Shown in pieces: positions 38,519 through 48,007 of a stretch of 64,000 nt of DNA. How positions within the stretch are numbered: the first letter of the stretch is position 1; the number at the start of each line of letters is the position of its first letter. Source of the DNA: Candidatus Nanoarchaeia archaeon (GTDB lineage: Archaea; Nanobdellota; Nanobdellia; Woesearchaeales; JACQSR01); assembly GCA_035289105.1 (NCBI GenBank), contig DATDYF010000037.1:6418-70417 (forward strand), written 5' to 3'. The notes under the pieces were generated by a model. The model saw nothing but the letters and a program-made list of their open reading frames with translations. It was not told where the DNA came from and searched no databases. Made by a program: the position numbers and the translations under genes.

Positions 38519-40897
38519 ATGCTGGAGAGATACGTCAGATTTGTTGAGAAGCATGCAAAATTATTGCTTTTCTTAGTCTTTCTTGTAACTTTGTTCTTCA
38601 TTTTCAGCCTTAAGGATTTGTCTTTTGACTCGGGTTCTGAAAGATTTGTGCCGCCTGACGTTCTGGAAAAACATAAGGAAATCATGGATGCATTCAACAT
38701 GAGCAGCAGGCCTTTCTATGTGTTGGTTACAGGAAAAAACATAAGTGTGCTCTCACTAGAAGCACTAAAAGAGGAATATACTCTTTCAAAAGCATTGGAA
38801 TCCGAATTTGGCATTAAAATAATTAACATTGCCTACTTATTCGACTTTCTTTTAAGGCAGGAAAAAAACGAGACCCTGCTCCAGCAGGAAAGCTGGGTAA
38901 ATGTGAGCCAGACTTTTAAGAGCGCTTTGGACGAAGTCAGAAGCATCAAGCCCTTAAAGCAGCAATTCAAGGAATTCTCATATCAGCTTTTGTCAAACGA
39001 CCTGGATAAAAGGGAGCTATTTTCTCCTGCAATTCTAAGAAGAACCCTCTCTGCAAACAAAACATTGTTCATTGTGTTGCCTGAAGAAGTTTATGATGAG
39101 AAAGAGATGCTGCAATTGAGCCTGAATATGCGGGATTTTCTCTCTGGCAAAAGCTTTGATTATATTGATGCAAAGGCATTCTCAGATCTGTACCTTATTT
39201 ACGAATCAGACTCGTATATGCGGAACGAAGCCTTTTACCTCGGAATCTTAATGTTTCTGATAATCGCTTTTATTTTGTTTCTCTACCTCAGGCGTATTTC
39301 TTATGTCATGATTCCGTTGATTATCATAGGGGTCTCTCTGGTTTGGACTTTTGGCACTGCAGCCTTTTTAGGAATAGAGCTTACGTTTCTTGGGACTCTT
39401 ATCGCCCCTGTATTAATTGGAGCCGGAGTGGATTACTCTGTGCACTTTATTAGAAGGTATACCGAAGAAAGGAAAACAAAGGAAAGCACTCAGGCATTTA
39501 GCATTACTCTGGCGCACACCGGAAAAGCCACATTCATGACCGCCGTTATAACAGCTATTTCTTTTGGGTCAAACTTTTTCTCCACACTTCCTCCGCTGAA
39601 AGATTTTGGCATAATTACCGCTGTTGGAATTCTATATGCGTTTATTTTAACCATAGTTCTTCAGCAAGCGCTAATGAGCCTTGTCGAAAGGCCAAAAGAG
39701 CTTGTGTTTGCAGCAAGGGAAAATCCGTGGTCAAAGAATATTCTAAAATTTACCTTGGAGCATTATAAGGGAATATTGCTTGTTACTGTTTTAATTAGCC
39801 TTGTCAGCGGATATTATGCCCTGCAGATAAACAGCTATTTTGACTTTGAAGCTTCGATATCGCAGGAAATTGAATCAAGGAAAACAATCAAGGATATTCG
39901 GGATAATTTTCCCTTCGAATTGCAGATTGGGGCGCTGGTGAGAAATGCAGACGACCCTTTTCTCTTTGAGAAAATTTACAGTTTTGAAGAAGAAATGAAA
40001 AAAAGCCCTTATGTAATCCAAATAGATGGCAGCATAAAAACAGACAACATAAGGAGGGCACTGAAGATGGTATTTGGCTATAACGAAAGCCTTGCTGAAA
40101 AATTCGAATTTAACCTGGAAGGAATCCCCACAACTGTAAATCGGACTCTCGTCCTGGATTTATATCAAGATATTTATTCCAGCAATACAGCAATTAACCC
40201 CCTTTTCAACCTAAGCACCTCTAATTTAATCCATACAGTCCTGCAAAGAACAGATTCCGATAATTACAGCACAGTTATTGTAGCGAAAATGGTGATTCCA
40301 AATACGGAGGCCTTAGAAAAGGGGGTGAGTAATTTTACAAATTCCCTGGATATAGCAAAAATACAGGTGGAGGATTTTTTTGGCTGGGCTTATTATGCAT
40401 TTACAATTGATGAAAACATTGCTGAAAGCAACCAAAAATCAGTGTTTTTCTCAATCCTGACCATATTCGTGGTTCTTCTGCCAGTTTACAGAAAAGTTAG
40501 AGAAATAGTGTACCTTATGCTGCCAATCTTGATTACCATACTCTGGACCATAGGGGCATTGTCAATCCTGGGCATTGCCTTAAACCCTGCAAATGCGATG
40601 GTGGCAGTAATGATAATTGGGTTGGGCTTGGATTATAACATCCACATAGTTGAAAGATACAAAGAAGAAAGGCAGAAATTTTCAAAACTGGAAGCGTTGG
40701 AAAACACGTTAAGCCAATCCGGCTCGGCAATATTTTTTTCTGCCTTGACAACGGTTGCCGCATTTGCAGTAATAGCCATCTCCAGAATCCCAATAACAAG
40801 GGAGTTCGGCCTAATACTCCTGATAGCAATAACCGCTGGCTTTTTGTTCAGCTCCATAATCACGCCTATTTTGCTGTATAGGTGGGATCTGGAATAG
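38519..40897 (+). CDS. RND-superfamily / MMPL-type exporter with two 6-TM bundles and sterol-sensing-like domain
   Basis: Duplicated 'GAGVDYSVHFIRRYTEER' and 'GLGLDYNIHIVERYKEER' motifs following TM bundles. Large periplasmic-type loops. About 790 aa. Confidence 0.82.
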   Translation: MLERYVRFVEKHAKLLLFLVFLVTLFFIFSLKDLSFDSGSERFVPPDVLEKHKEIMDAFNMSSRPFYVLVTGKNISVLSLEALKEEYTLSKALESEFGIKIINIAYLFDFLLRQEKNETLLQQESWVNVSQTFKSALDEVRSIKPLKQQFKEFSYQLLSNDLDKRELFSPAILRRTLSANKTLFIVLPEEVYDEKEMLQLSLNMRDFLSGKSFDYIDAKAFSDLYLIYESDSYMRNEAFYLGILMFLIIAFILFLYLRRISYVMIPLIIIGVSLVWTFGTAAFLGIELTFLGTLIAPVLIGAGVDYSVHFIRRYTEERKTKESTQAFSITLAHTGKATFMTAVITAISFGSNFFSTLPPLKDFGIITAVGILYAFILTIVLQQALMSLVERPKELVFAARENPWSKNILKFTLEHYKGILLVTVLISLVSGYYALQINSYFDFEASISQEIESRKTIKDIRDNFPFELQIGALVRNADDPFLFEKIYSFEEEMKKSPYVIQIDGSIKTDNIRRALKMVFGYNESLAEKFEFNLEGIPTTVNRTLVLDLYQDIYSSNTAINPLFNLSTSNLIHTVLQRTDSDNYSTVIVAKMVIPNTEALEKGVSNFTNSLDIAKIQVEDFFGWAYYAFTIDENIAESNQKSVFFSILTIFVVLLPVYRKVREIVYLMLPILITILWTIGALSILGIALNPANAMVAVMIIGLGLDYNIHIVERYKEERQKFSKLEALENTLSQSGSAIFFSALTTVAAFAVIAISRIPITREFGLILLIAITAGFLFSSIITPILLYRWDLE

Positions 40898-40915
40898 TGC
40901 TGTTTTGTCAAAGAA

Positions 40916-41368
40916 TCAGGGAGACAATCCTTTTTCCTTTATTATTCTATCAATCTTTTTGATGATGCCGTTATGGAAATCCAATATTTCCTTGGCTTCC
41001 TCGACGCTGACGGTTTGGCCGTAATACTTTGAGCCGTTTCTTTTGTATCTGAACCTATCGAGCGTTTCCAGCATTTGTATATTAAAATTGAATTTTGCAA
41101 GATAGGCAAACGAAGCCTGATGGGAGTAGGATTTATAACCTTCTATTGCTAAAACTGCGTCTGCAAAATCCCTAAGCGCGTCATAGACATTCTCAAAGAC
41201 GATTTTTGGGTAGTTCTGGGTCAACAGTGACTTCGAGTCCTTGATTCTGCTATTCATATCCCTAACAAGTGATTTTGCTAAAGCTAAATCGGGCGCTGCC
41301 TTTTTTACTTCGCCAATCTCAAGGTAATAGTCAAAAGGTTTCATAATCAAGGTAACCAAACAGTACAA
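40916..41368 (-). CDS. HEPN domain protein (partner of MNT)
   Basis: 'FRYKRNGSKYYGQ' paralogous to 21814-22236. Overlaps the upstream NTase gene by 38 nt. Confidence 0.7.
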   Translation of the reverse strand: MYCLVTLIMKPFDYYLEIGEVKKAAPDLALAKSLVRDMNSRIKDSKSLLTQNYPKIVFENVYDALRDFADAVLAIEGYKSYSHQASFAYLAKFNFNIQMLETLDRFRYKRNGSKYYGQTVSVEEAKEILDFHNGIIKKIDRIIKEKGLSP

Positions 41369-41861
41369 CCCCGTTTATTAGGTTGGTATAGAGCTCTTTT
41401 GGAATCTTTCCGTTCTGAACCAGCAGGATATGAATGCCCCTATTTAACATTTTCTCAAATATTTTCGTACTAACCGAATATTTTTCGGAAGTTACTACTG
41501 CAATATCTATGTCGCTTTTCAAGACATCCTCTCCTCGAGAGTAACTTCCAAATAGGATTATGGCTTTCGGGTTGTAGTGCTTTCTCAAAAAGTCTATTAC
41601 CCCGGAATCATAGACTTTTTCCAAGTTATGCAACCTTTTTTTTGCGAGAAAATGCGGGTTTTCTAGGTTTGGCGTAATTTCCACAATATGCTTCTTAACT
41701 TCCCTTTTAACCAGGCTTTCCTTTTCCAGCTCCTCAAGGGCATTAAGGACGCTGTTAGGGTTTACATGGATTTCCCTTGCAAGCTCCCTTATATAGAATT
41801 TCCTGGAGGGATTGTCAAAAATCCTTGAGATTATTTTCTGTTTTACATTCATTTTATACAA
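41331..41861 (-). CDS. Minimal nucleotidyltransferase (MNT) with wHTH
   Basis: Motif 'GSYSRGEDVLKSDIDIAVV'. Paralog of 21278-21817. Confidence 0.8.
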   Translation of the reverse strand: MYKMNVKQKIISRIFDNPSRKFYIRELAREIHVNPNSVLNALEELEKESLVKREVKKHIVEITPNLENPHFLAKKRLHNLEKVYDSGVIDFLRKHYNPKAIILFGSYSRGEDVLKSDIDIAVVTSEKYSVSTKIFEKMLNRGIHILLVQNGKIPKELYTNLINGVVLFGYLDYETF

Positions 41862-41899
41862 TTGTATAATATTTTATACAATTGTATATTTAAATGTTT

Positions 41900-42490
41900 C
41901 TATTTCCCAAACCTGAACACATAATAAGTCATAAGGCCAAGATGGGCTTTTTTCTTGCTTGCCTGCTTGAATTTGAAGCCTGCTGACTCGACCATTTTCT
42001 TCCATTCATTGTAAGTTTGGAAAGTAAAGTAAAGATGTGGCTTCTGCTTCCAGAAATTATGCGCAATGTCATTCAGGCTTAGCATAATTCTTCCCAGTCC
42101 TGTCACATATGTCTCCTCTGAAAGAATAAATTCTCCTCCGCCTTTTGTCACGCGATAGATTTCGTTTAATTGAGATGGAACGTCATTGTTGTGGTGCAAT
42201 GCGCCAATTGCAAAGACATAATCGAAAACGTTGTCATGGAAGGGCAATTTTAAGACGTCGCCCTGAACAAAATCAGAGTTGTTTTGGGTAATTATCCTAT
42301 CAATCCCTACAATTTTGGCATCAGGATTTCTTTCTGAGATAACCTCTCCAACTCTTAAATCACCACACCCAAAATCAAGTATTAGCCCTGAAACATCACC
42401 CGGAAAAACATCAGACGCCCTTCTGTCTGCTTTACTTTCCCTTATGCGGAGATAAAAGGGGTTTGAAGCTACTAAACTGTACAGGCTCAT
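41900..42490 (-). CDS. Class I SAM-dependent methyltransferase
   Basis: Motif I 'ILDFGCGDL'. 'AIGALHH' motif. 196 aa. Confidence 0.72.
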   Translation of the reverse strand: MSLYSLVASNPFYLRIRESKADRRASDVFPGDVSGLILDFGCGDLRVGEVISERNPDAKIVGIDRIITQNNSDFVQGDVLKLPFHDNVFDYVFAIGALHHNNDVPSQLNEIYRVTKGGGEFILSEETYVTGLGRIMLSLNDIAHNFWKQKPHLYFTFQTYNEWKKMVESAGFKFKQASKKKAHLGLMTYYVFRFGK

Positions 42491-42521
42491 TAGAAAAGGT
42501 AATTGAAATTAAGCTAAAAAG

Positions 42522-42944
42522 CTATTCCTTCGGCGCTTCCGGCCTTATCTTGGGCAACGGTATTGGCGGAGGCAGATTTACATCCTGGCTTAGGATTAAT
42601 GCCTGAACATTGCATTTTGTAAGAACCGTGTTAAGAATTTCCGTCATTATCTCCTTAGGCACTCTCTTGTCTTTCTTCCAGCCCTCCATTATTTCTTTGG
42701 AGCGCTTAGGGTCGGACATGAACATTGTTGAGCCGCCAAGCATAATGCTTCCAATCTCGGGGTCGTATTTTGAGGTGAATTCAAAAGAAAATTTCAGCGT
42801 ATTCTGCTTTTCCTTTCCAAATGTGACATCCTGCGGCTCTATGTTCACAATGGAAACATTGTTGCTTATGTTAATCTTTCCGCCCTTTCCGATATCCGAT
42901 TTAGTGACATTGATTTTGTTGAATCCAAACCCGACTACTGCCAT
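42522..42944 (-). CDS. Hypothetical protein
   Basis: 140-aa ORF with no recognised family. Confidence 0.45.
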   Translation of the reverse strand: MAVVGFGFNKINVTKSDIGKGGKINISNNVSIVNIEPQDVTFGKEKQNTLKFSFEFTSKYDPEIGSIMLGGSTMFMSDPKRSKEIMEGWKKDKRVPKEIMTEILNTVLTKCNVQALILSQDVNLPPPIPLPKIRPEAPKE

Positions 42945-43009
42945 GAAACCACCTCTGATGCAGGTAATTAGCGTTGTTTAAAAAGATTTGTGTGGTAGGA
43001 TGCAAGAGC

Positions 43010-43264
43010 TTATTTCATTTCAATATTCAAAACACTCCTATTTGCCTCACTTTGGACTACCTTCTCAAAGTCCGAAAATTCTACAGTTGTTGCGAGAAAA
43101 ACCCTGCCAAATAAGTCAGTGTTAGCATACTTATAGGCGCAACTCTCATTACCATTTTCAGCATGAGCATATTTTCGTTGGCCATTCACGATAACCAGAG
43201 CAACTTTGCCATGAGTTATTGGATCATCGCAATATTCGCAAGGGTGATACATTTTTTCTGCCAT
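43010..43264 (-). CDS. Small Cys-containing (zinc-ribbon-like) hypothetical protein
   Basis: 'HPCEYCDD' ... 'ESCAYKY'. 84 aa. Confidence 0.4.
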   Translation of the reverse strand: MAEKMYHPCEYCDDPITHGKVALVIVNGQRKYAHAENGNESCAYKYANTDLFGRVFLATTVEFSDFEKVVQSEANRSVLNIEMK

Positions 43265-43314
43265 TTTTTGTGTGTTGCCAAGCCTTCTTTTTAAAGATTT
43301 CGTTATTCATTAAT

Positions 43315-43863
43315 TTAAAACTTGTATATGCATTTCACAACAGCCTCCCCATTCCTCTTAAGGCTGGAACTTATAGCTAAAAATTCAAGAGTCGGGGCAG
43401 AAGCACACTCCGAAGGCTCGCCACGTTTTGCACAATACATAACGGAAGATAGCTTCATAGCACCTTGCGAGATGACCTTATATTCACGAAACCCTTTAAC
43501 CACATCTTCTATCCCTTTTGCAATCTCCTCATCAATTGTAAAAGAAAGAACTTCAAATTCACCTCCTCCTTTTGTAACCATGTGCCATAGCATATCTCTT
43601 AATACAGGTTCACACATGTCCAAATCGTCTAAGTTTGCCAAGCCCGAGTAATTTTTGGCCTTTTCACCGACAAGAACTCCAAAATATGGGGGGAGTATCT
43701 TTGTGAATAGCTTACCATACTTATCATGGTCGTTTATTACAGCGTAGCACCTTGGCGGAATTACCAAAGCCCCGCGAAAAGTCCACAAATCTTTTTGATA
43801 CGGGACCTCAATTAACTTAAGACCACCACTTTGATTCGCTTCTAAATTTACAGTATCTTCCAT
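43315..43863 (-). CDS. Hypothetical protein
   Basis: 182-aa ORF with no recognised family. Confidence 0.45.
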   Translation of the reverse strand: MEDTVNLEANQSGGLKLIEVPYQKDLWTFRGALVIPPRCYAVINDHDKYGKLFTKILPPYFGVLVGEKAKNYSGLANLDDLDMCEPVLRDMLWHMVTKGGGEFEVLSFTIDEEIAKGIEDVVKGFREYKVISQGAMKLSSVMYCAKRGEPSECASAPTLEFLAISSSLKRNGEAVVKCIYKF

Positions 43864-43972
43864 TCAGTGAGGTGGCGACTTAGTGTTTATAAACATTCCC
43901 TCAAGATTGTGTTTCGGAAATATGCATTGTTCGGAATAATGTATTTAAATAAACTTAAATCTCATACCCCCC

Positions 43973-46243
43973 ATGGAGCCCGCACGCAGCCTAAAAAACG
44001 TGGAATTGGAGGATATTCGCAGAAGGCTAAGCTATATGGGCGATGACCCGGAAACTATCGAAGACAAGATAAGGGAAGCGGAAAGAGCGGAAACATTGTA
44101 TAATGAGGCTTTTAGGTTAAGGCACGGGGAGAACGGCTTAAGTATTGGTAAAATAAGCAAAAGGTTAAACGTTTCATATGGAACAGTTTGGGGCTGGTTG
44201 TATGGCGGAGCGAAACCTGCCGGATTAAAGGGGGTAACCCCAACTTTCAATATTCCTCAAGGCAAATCTGCGGAGTTTGCATATGTCTTGGGGGTATACG
44301 CTGCTGTTGCCCAATGCGGAAAGGATTGCGGATATTTTAAGAGCAAAAAAAGCGGAGGTTTTTTGGTGCACAGCAAAACTGAGGCGCACCTGCACCCTTT
44401 AAAGGAGTCTCTTGAATCCATATTAAACAGCAAGGCGGATATTAAAGAAGAACAAAGGAAGGGTGGCAATTATAGGTTTCTGCGTTTCCCTTATGAGCTC
44501 CGGAGATATTTGAGCTTTATGTCCGATAAAAACCAGAATGTTATATGGGAACACCTTTTTTCGGATGAAGAAAAGATTTCTTTTATTAACGGATTTTTGG
44601 ATTACCGTGGAGAATTTCGCGAAAAACCCGCCCCATTTGTATTAATAGAAAAGCAGAATGGTTATTCTTTAATTGAGGATATTGGCCTGCTCTTTTCATC
44701 GCTTGGCATAATACCCTCCATTCATTATAAAACGATGCTTTGCATCCTGGATAGTGGCGATATTCATAAGCTGGTTAAATACAGGCCAGCCGATGCAAGG
44801 GCTCAAAAGTTAGGGGACATCACCCCTGCACCAACCCCGGAACAAGATGCTATCGGGGTTTTCTCAAGATTTCAAGAGCTCCATGGAGCTAATGGCAAGA
44901 TGCCTTTGTATAGGATTGCAAAATTACTGGACGTCAATTATAGCACTATAGCAAACTGGAACAAGGGTGCCCTGCCACATAGGGTCCGCAATTATCGAAG
45001 ATTATTGGAAATAAGAAAAAGTAGGGGGGATGTTGATGTAATTGGCTTTGTTTATAGGAATATCAAACAGGATTCAGAATTTGCAAGGGATGTGGCATTA
45101 AGAAGAAGCCATAATGAAGTACTCAACAGCTACAATCAGATTCTAAGGGATGCTGAGCCAAGGGCCCACCCAGAACTGATATATTTAGGGGGTGAAAAAT
45201 TGAAGAAGGCAATAACTCAATTAAAACGGCAAAAAGCAGTTGCCAAAATAGAAGCAGTACAAGAAGATAAAGTTGATAAAACCGAAGCAAGGCGCTATGA
45301 AGGTGGAGCAGATGAAACCCAGGGCAGGCTAAAACTCATAAGAGAAGCTCACCAAAAGTACTTGTTAAATAAAGCATCCCGGGAGCAGTCCCAAGTTTCA
45401 TTAGGCCCGCCCTTAAAAAGCGATGAAATACTTGCATATGCTAAAGTTATTGCAGGGGATGGGTTAAGGGTTTCTTCAAACGGGGGAGATAGGCTTAACG
45501 AAGTCATAAACACATACATCCGTTCCAATGATTATTTTACTCCAAACGAGGCTTATTTGTTTGTGTCAGAATTGTTATGCATTAGGACAAGGAATGGTAG
45601 CCATAAAGACATAAAAACAGGCATGAAATCGCTAGAGGCAGTAATGAACAGGAAAGAATTTGATAGTTATTTTTATCGCAACGGAAATGGAGTGTACTAT
45701 GAGAAACTTGCAAAAGGGGAAATATTGTCAAAACTTTCAGGGCTTCTCTCAAATTCAGATAATGGTTCAAAAATATATGGCATTAACAATCCAAATTCCG
45801 ATTATACATTCGCTGAGGGGGGAATAGAACTTTTTGCTGATGACGAATCAGATGGCGCATCTTTATTGGGCGCTGCCGATGGAAAAGACAAATTAGCCGA
45901 TGCCAATGTTAGGCAGGAAGATAGGGGAAATCGAAAATTATACTGGGCAGCAATACGGGAAAAAGACGAGGGACCGCCAGGAAATAACGAATTTTATGCC
46001 ACTCCCGGAGAGGAGGCGAAAGGAATTAATAAACTGTTAGGCCATCTTCTAATGTACGCTGTAAGAGAACTGGATGGAGATAACTTAACTAAAAGGGAAG
46101 ATGCACGTGAATGGTTTGAGAGTACTGATGAAAAATTTCTTTTTTCGTTCTTGAATATTTGCGATTACCTAGACCTTAACCCTGATTACGTTAAGAAGCA
46201 AATATATAGCCCTTCGAGGGGAAACCTCCGTTTTGTAGATTAG
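43973..46243 (+). CDS. Large hypothetical protein with HTH motifs and degenerate LAGLIDADG-like dodecapeptide pair
   Basis: 'AEFAYVLGVYAAVAQCG' and 'KISFINGFLDYRGEF' resemble the two LAGLIDADG motifs. HTH-like 'LSIGKISKRLNVSYGTVWGW' and 'LYRIAKLLDVNYSTIANW'. 756 aa. Confidence 0.55.
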   Translation: MEPARSLKNVELEDIRRRLSYMGDDPETIEDKIREAERAETLYNEAFRLRHGENGLSIGKISKRLNVSYGTVWGWLYGGAKPAGLKGVTPTFNIPQGKSAEFAYVLGVYAAVAQCGKDCGYFKSKKSGGFLVHSKTEAHLHPLKESLESILNSKADIKEEQRKGGNYRFLRFPYELRRYLSFMSDKNQNVIWEHLFSDEEKISFINGFLDYRGEFREKPAPFVLIEKQNGYSLIEDIGLLFSSLGIIPSIHYKTMLCILDSGDIHKLVKYRPADARAQKLGDITPAPTPEQDAIGVFSRFQELHGANGKMPLYRIAKLLDVNYSTIANWNKGALPHRVRNYRRLLEIRKSRGDVDVIGFVYRNIKQDSEFARDVALRRSHNEVLNSYNQILRDAEPRAHPELIYLGGEKLKKAITQLKRQKAVAKIEAVQEDKVDKTEARRYEGGADETQGRLKLIREAHQKYLLNKASREQSQVSLGPPLKSDEILAYAKVIAGDGLRVSSNGGDRLNEVINTYIRSNDYFTPNEAYLFVSELLCIRTRNGSHKDIKTGMKSLEAVMNRKEFDSYFYRNGNGVYYEKLAKGEILSKLSGLLSNSDNGSKIYGINNPNSDYTFAEGGIELFADDESDGASLLGAADGKDKLADANVRQEDRGNRKLYWAAIREKDEGPPGNNEFYATPGEEAKGINKLLGHLLMYAVRELDGDNLTKREDAREWFESTDEKFLFSFLNICDYLDLNPDYVKKQIYSPSRGNLRFVD

Positions 46244-46295
46244 AAGGTTTTTCCAGGCAAACATTAAAAAATACGCTTTATTACTCCATCTTCCC

Positions 46296-46448
46296 ATGAA
46301 ATACAAACTCGTCTGCTTTGATGTTGACGGCACGCTAATAGACGGAGTTGAATTCAGCTGGACTCATCTACATAATTACTTCAATGTCGATATTAAAGAT
46401 TTGCGAATCGCCATAAATCGAATTAAGTCTAAATCTTTATATACTTAA
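46296..46448 (+). pseudogene. Duplicated 5' fragment (50 codons) of the HAD hydrolase gene at 47299
   Basis: 46292-46400 is about 90 percent identical to 47295-47403, including the 5 nt upstream of the ATG. Encodes MKYKLVCFDVDGTLIDGVEFSWTHLHNYF.. then diverges and stops. Confidence 0.5.
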
Positions 46449-46496
46449 AACTACTACCTAACAGTAAGGAAATCCTTTTGGAAATCCCATGTCAAA

Positions 46497-47267
46497 ATGA
46501 TTGATTCTGCAAGAAAACATCTGGAAGAGGGCATTTCTAGAATTATTAATACTGATTCCATTGACAAAAAAATCGAAGATACTGCATCGTTATATGTCGA
46601 ATGCTTTGAAATGGAATTAGAGAAAATCAAGAAATTCGGGCAGCAGGAGAGGGTCTCTTATATTACCGGGCTAAGAAATGGGAGGCTTCAGGGCACAGAC
46701 AAAGGATTAAGGGAGGCTAGAAAAAGGACAAATGAAAAAGTTTCTTCTTTGCTTAATGCGCTGTACGATGGTGCAAAAAATATGGAAGAGGAACCGAAGC
46801 GAGAGATTTATGCACCAGTCAATAAAATAAGGGGGATGCTGATGCTGCGCGAATCCATCACAGGAGGGAAGGAAAGCCCTATTGAGAAAGACCTGGAGAA
46901 ACGCATTCCTGAGATTTCGGTAAAATCACAGGGAAAACATGCCGATGTCAGATACCTCACTGATTTGTACACAGCGTGCTATTCAGACTGCTTTGGCAAT
47001 GCAATAGAAAGCATCAGGGCCATGGCTGAAGTAAACCAAAAAGCCGTTTATGACATAGGCGAATCATTCGGCCGGGTACAATATTTCTTCAAAGAGAGGA
47101 ATAGTGCAATGCTAAGCTTATCTGAACAGATAAAACAATTGCTCACCGAAGTTGATGTCGCAGTCAGAAACCTTCAGCCTGAACAAAAACAAAAAATTTA
47201 CATGGCGACAAACAGCATCAGGCTAGCCCTAAGCCCTGATAAATATTGGCCGGTAAGCAGACAATAA
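46497..47267 (+). CDS. Hypothetical protein (cargo between the duplicated HAD 5' ends)
   Basis: 256-aa ORF with no recognised family. Confidence 0.5.
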   Translation: MIDSARKHLEEGISRIINTDSIDKKIEDTASLYVECFEMELEKIKKFGQQERVSYITGLRNGRLQGTDKGLREARKRTNEKVSSLLNALYDGAKNMEEEPKREIYAPVNKIRGMLMLRESITGGKESPIEKDLEKRIPEISVKSQGKHADVRYLTDLYTACYSDCFGNAIESIRAMAEVNQKAVYDIGESFGRVQYFFKERNSAMLSLSEQIKQLLTEVDVAVRNLQPEQKQKIYMATNSIRLALSPDKYWPVSRQ

Positions 47268-47298
47268 GGCTTAAAAGCCAAACGCCTATTCATTTCCC

Positions 47299-47952
47299 AT
47301 GAAATACAAACTCGTCTGCTTTGATGTTGACGGCACGCTAATAGGCGGAGTTGAATTCAGCTGGACCCACCTCCATAATTATTTTAGGGTTGATTTGAGG
47401 GAACGTGAAGACTGGAAGGAAAGATTCTATAAGGGGAAGATAACCTACCTTGAGTGGGCACTGCATGACATAGGAATGTGGATTGAGAAGGGAGCAAAGA
47501 AGGGGGATTTTCTAAAGGCAATCTCTGTATTCAGTTTAATGCCTGGCGCCAGGGAGACTCTTACCGAGCTGAAGAAAAAAGGCGTAAAGCTTGCAATTAT
47601 ATCCGGCTCTCTTGACTTTATCTTGGAGCATTTCATACCAGACTACAAAGAGATATTTGATGATGTTTTCATAAGCAGGCTTATTTTCGGAAAAGACGGC
47701 AAAATAAAAGAGGTCAAGGCAACGCAGTATGACCAGGACAGGAAGGCAGACGCTTTAAGGCTTGTTGCAAAGAAGCATGGCTTTTCATTGAAGGAATGCG
47801 CATTTGTGGGCGACCATGAGAATGACATCGAGATAATGAAAATTGTGGGCAAGGGAATTGCGTTTGACTGCAAATCAGATGAGCTGAGAAAGATAGCGGA
47901 TGTTGTTGTTAAGAAGAAGGATTTGAGGGAGGTGCTGAAGCATTTGAGCTAA
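47299..47952 (+). CDS. HAD-IB hydrolase, phosphoserine phosphatase-like
   Basis: Motif I 'CFDVDGTL'. 'GDHENDIEIM' motif IV. 217 aa. Confidence 0.7.
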   Translation: MKYKLVCFDVDGTLIGGVEFSWTHLHNYFRVDLREREDWKERFYKGKITYLEWALHDIGMWIEKGAKKGDFLKAISVFSLMPGARETLTELKKKGVKLAIISGSLDFILEHFIPDYKEIFDDVFISRLIFGKDGKIKEVKATQYDQDRKADALRLVAKKHGFSLKECAFVGDHENDIEIMKIVGKGIAFDCKSDELRKIADVVVKKKDLREVLKHLS

Positions 47953-48007
47953 ATTCGTGTATGATTTTTTGGAAAAATTTATATAAACTAACTGTTATGC
48001 GGGTTTT

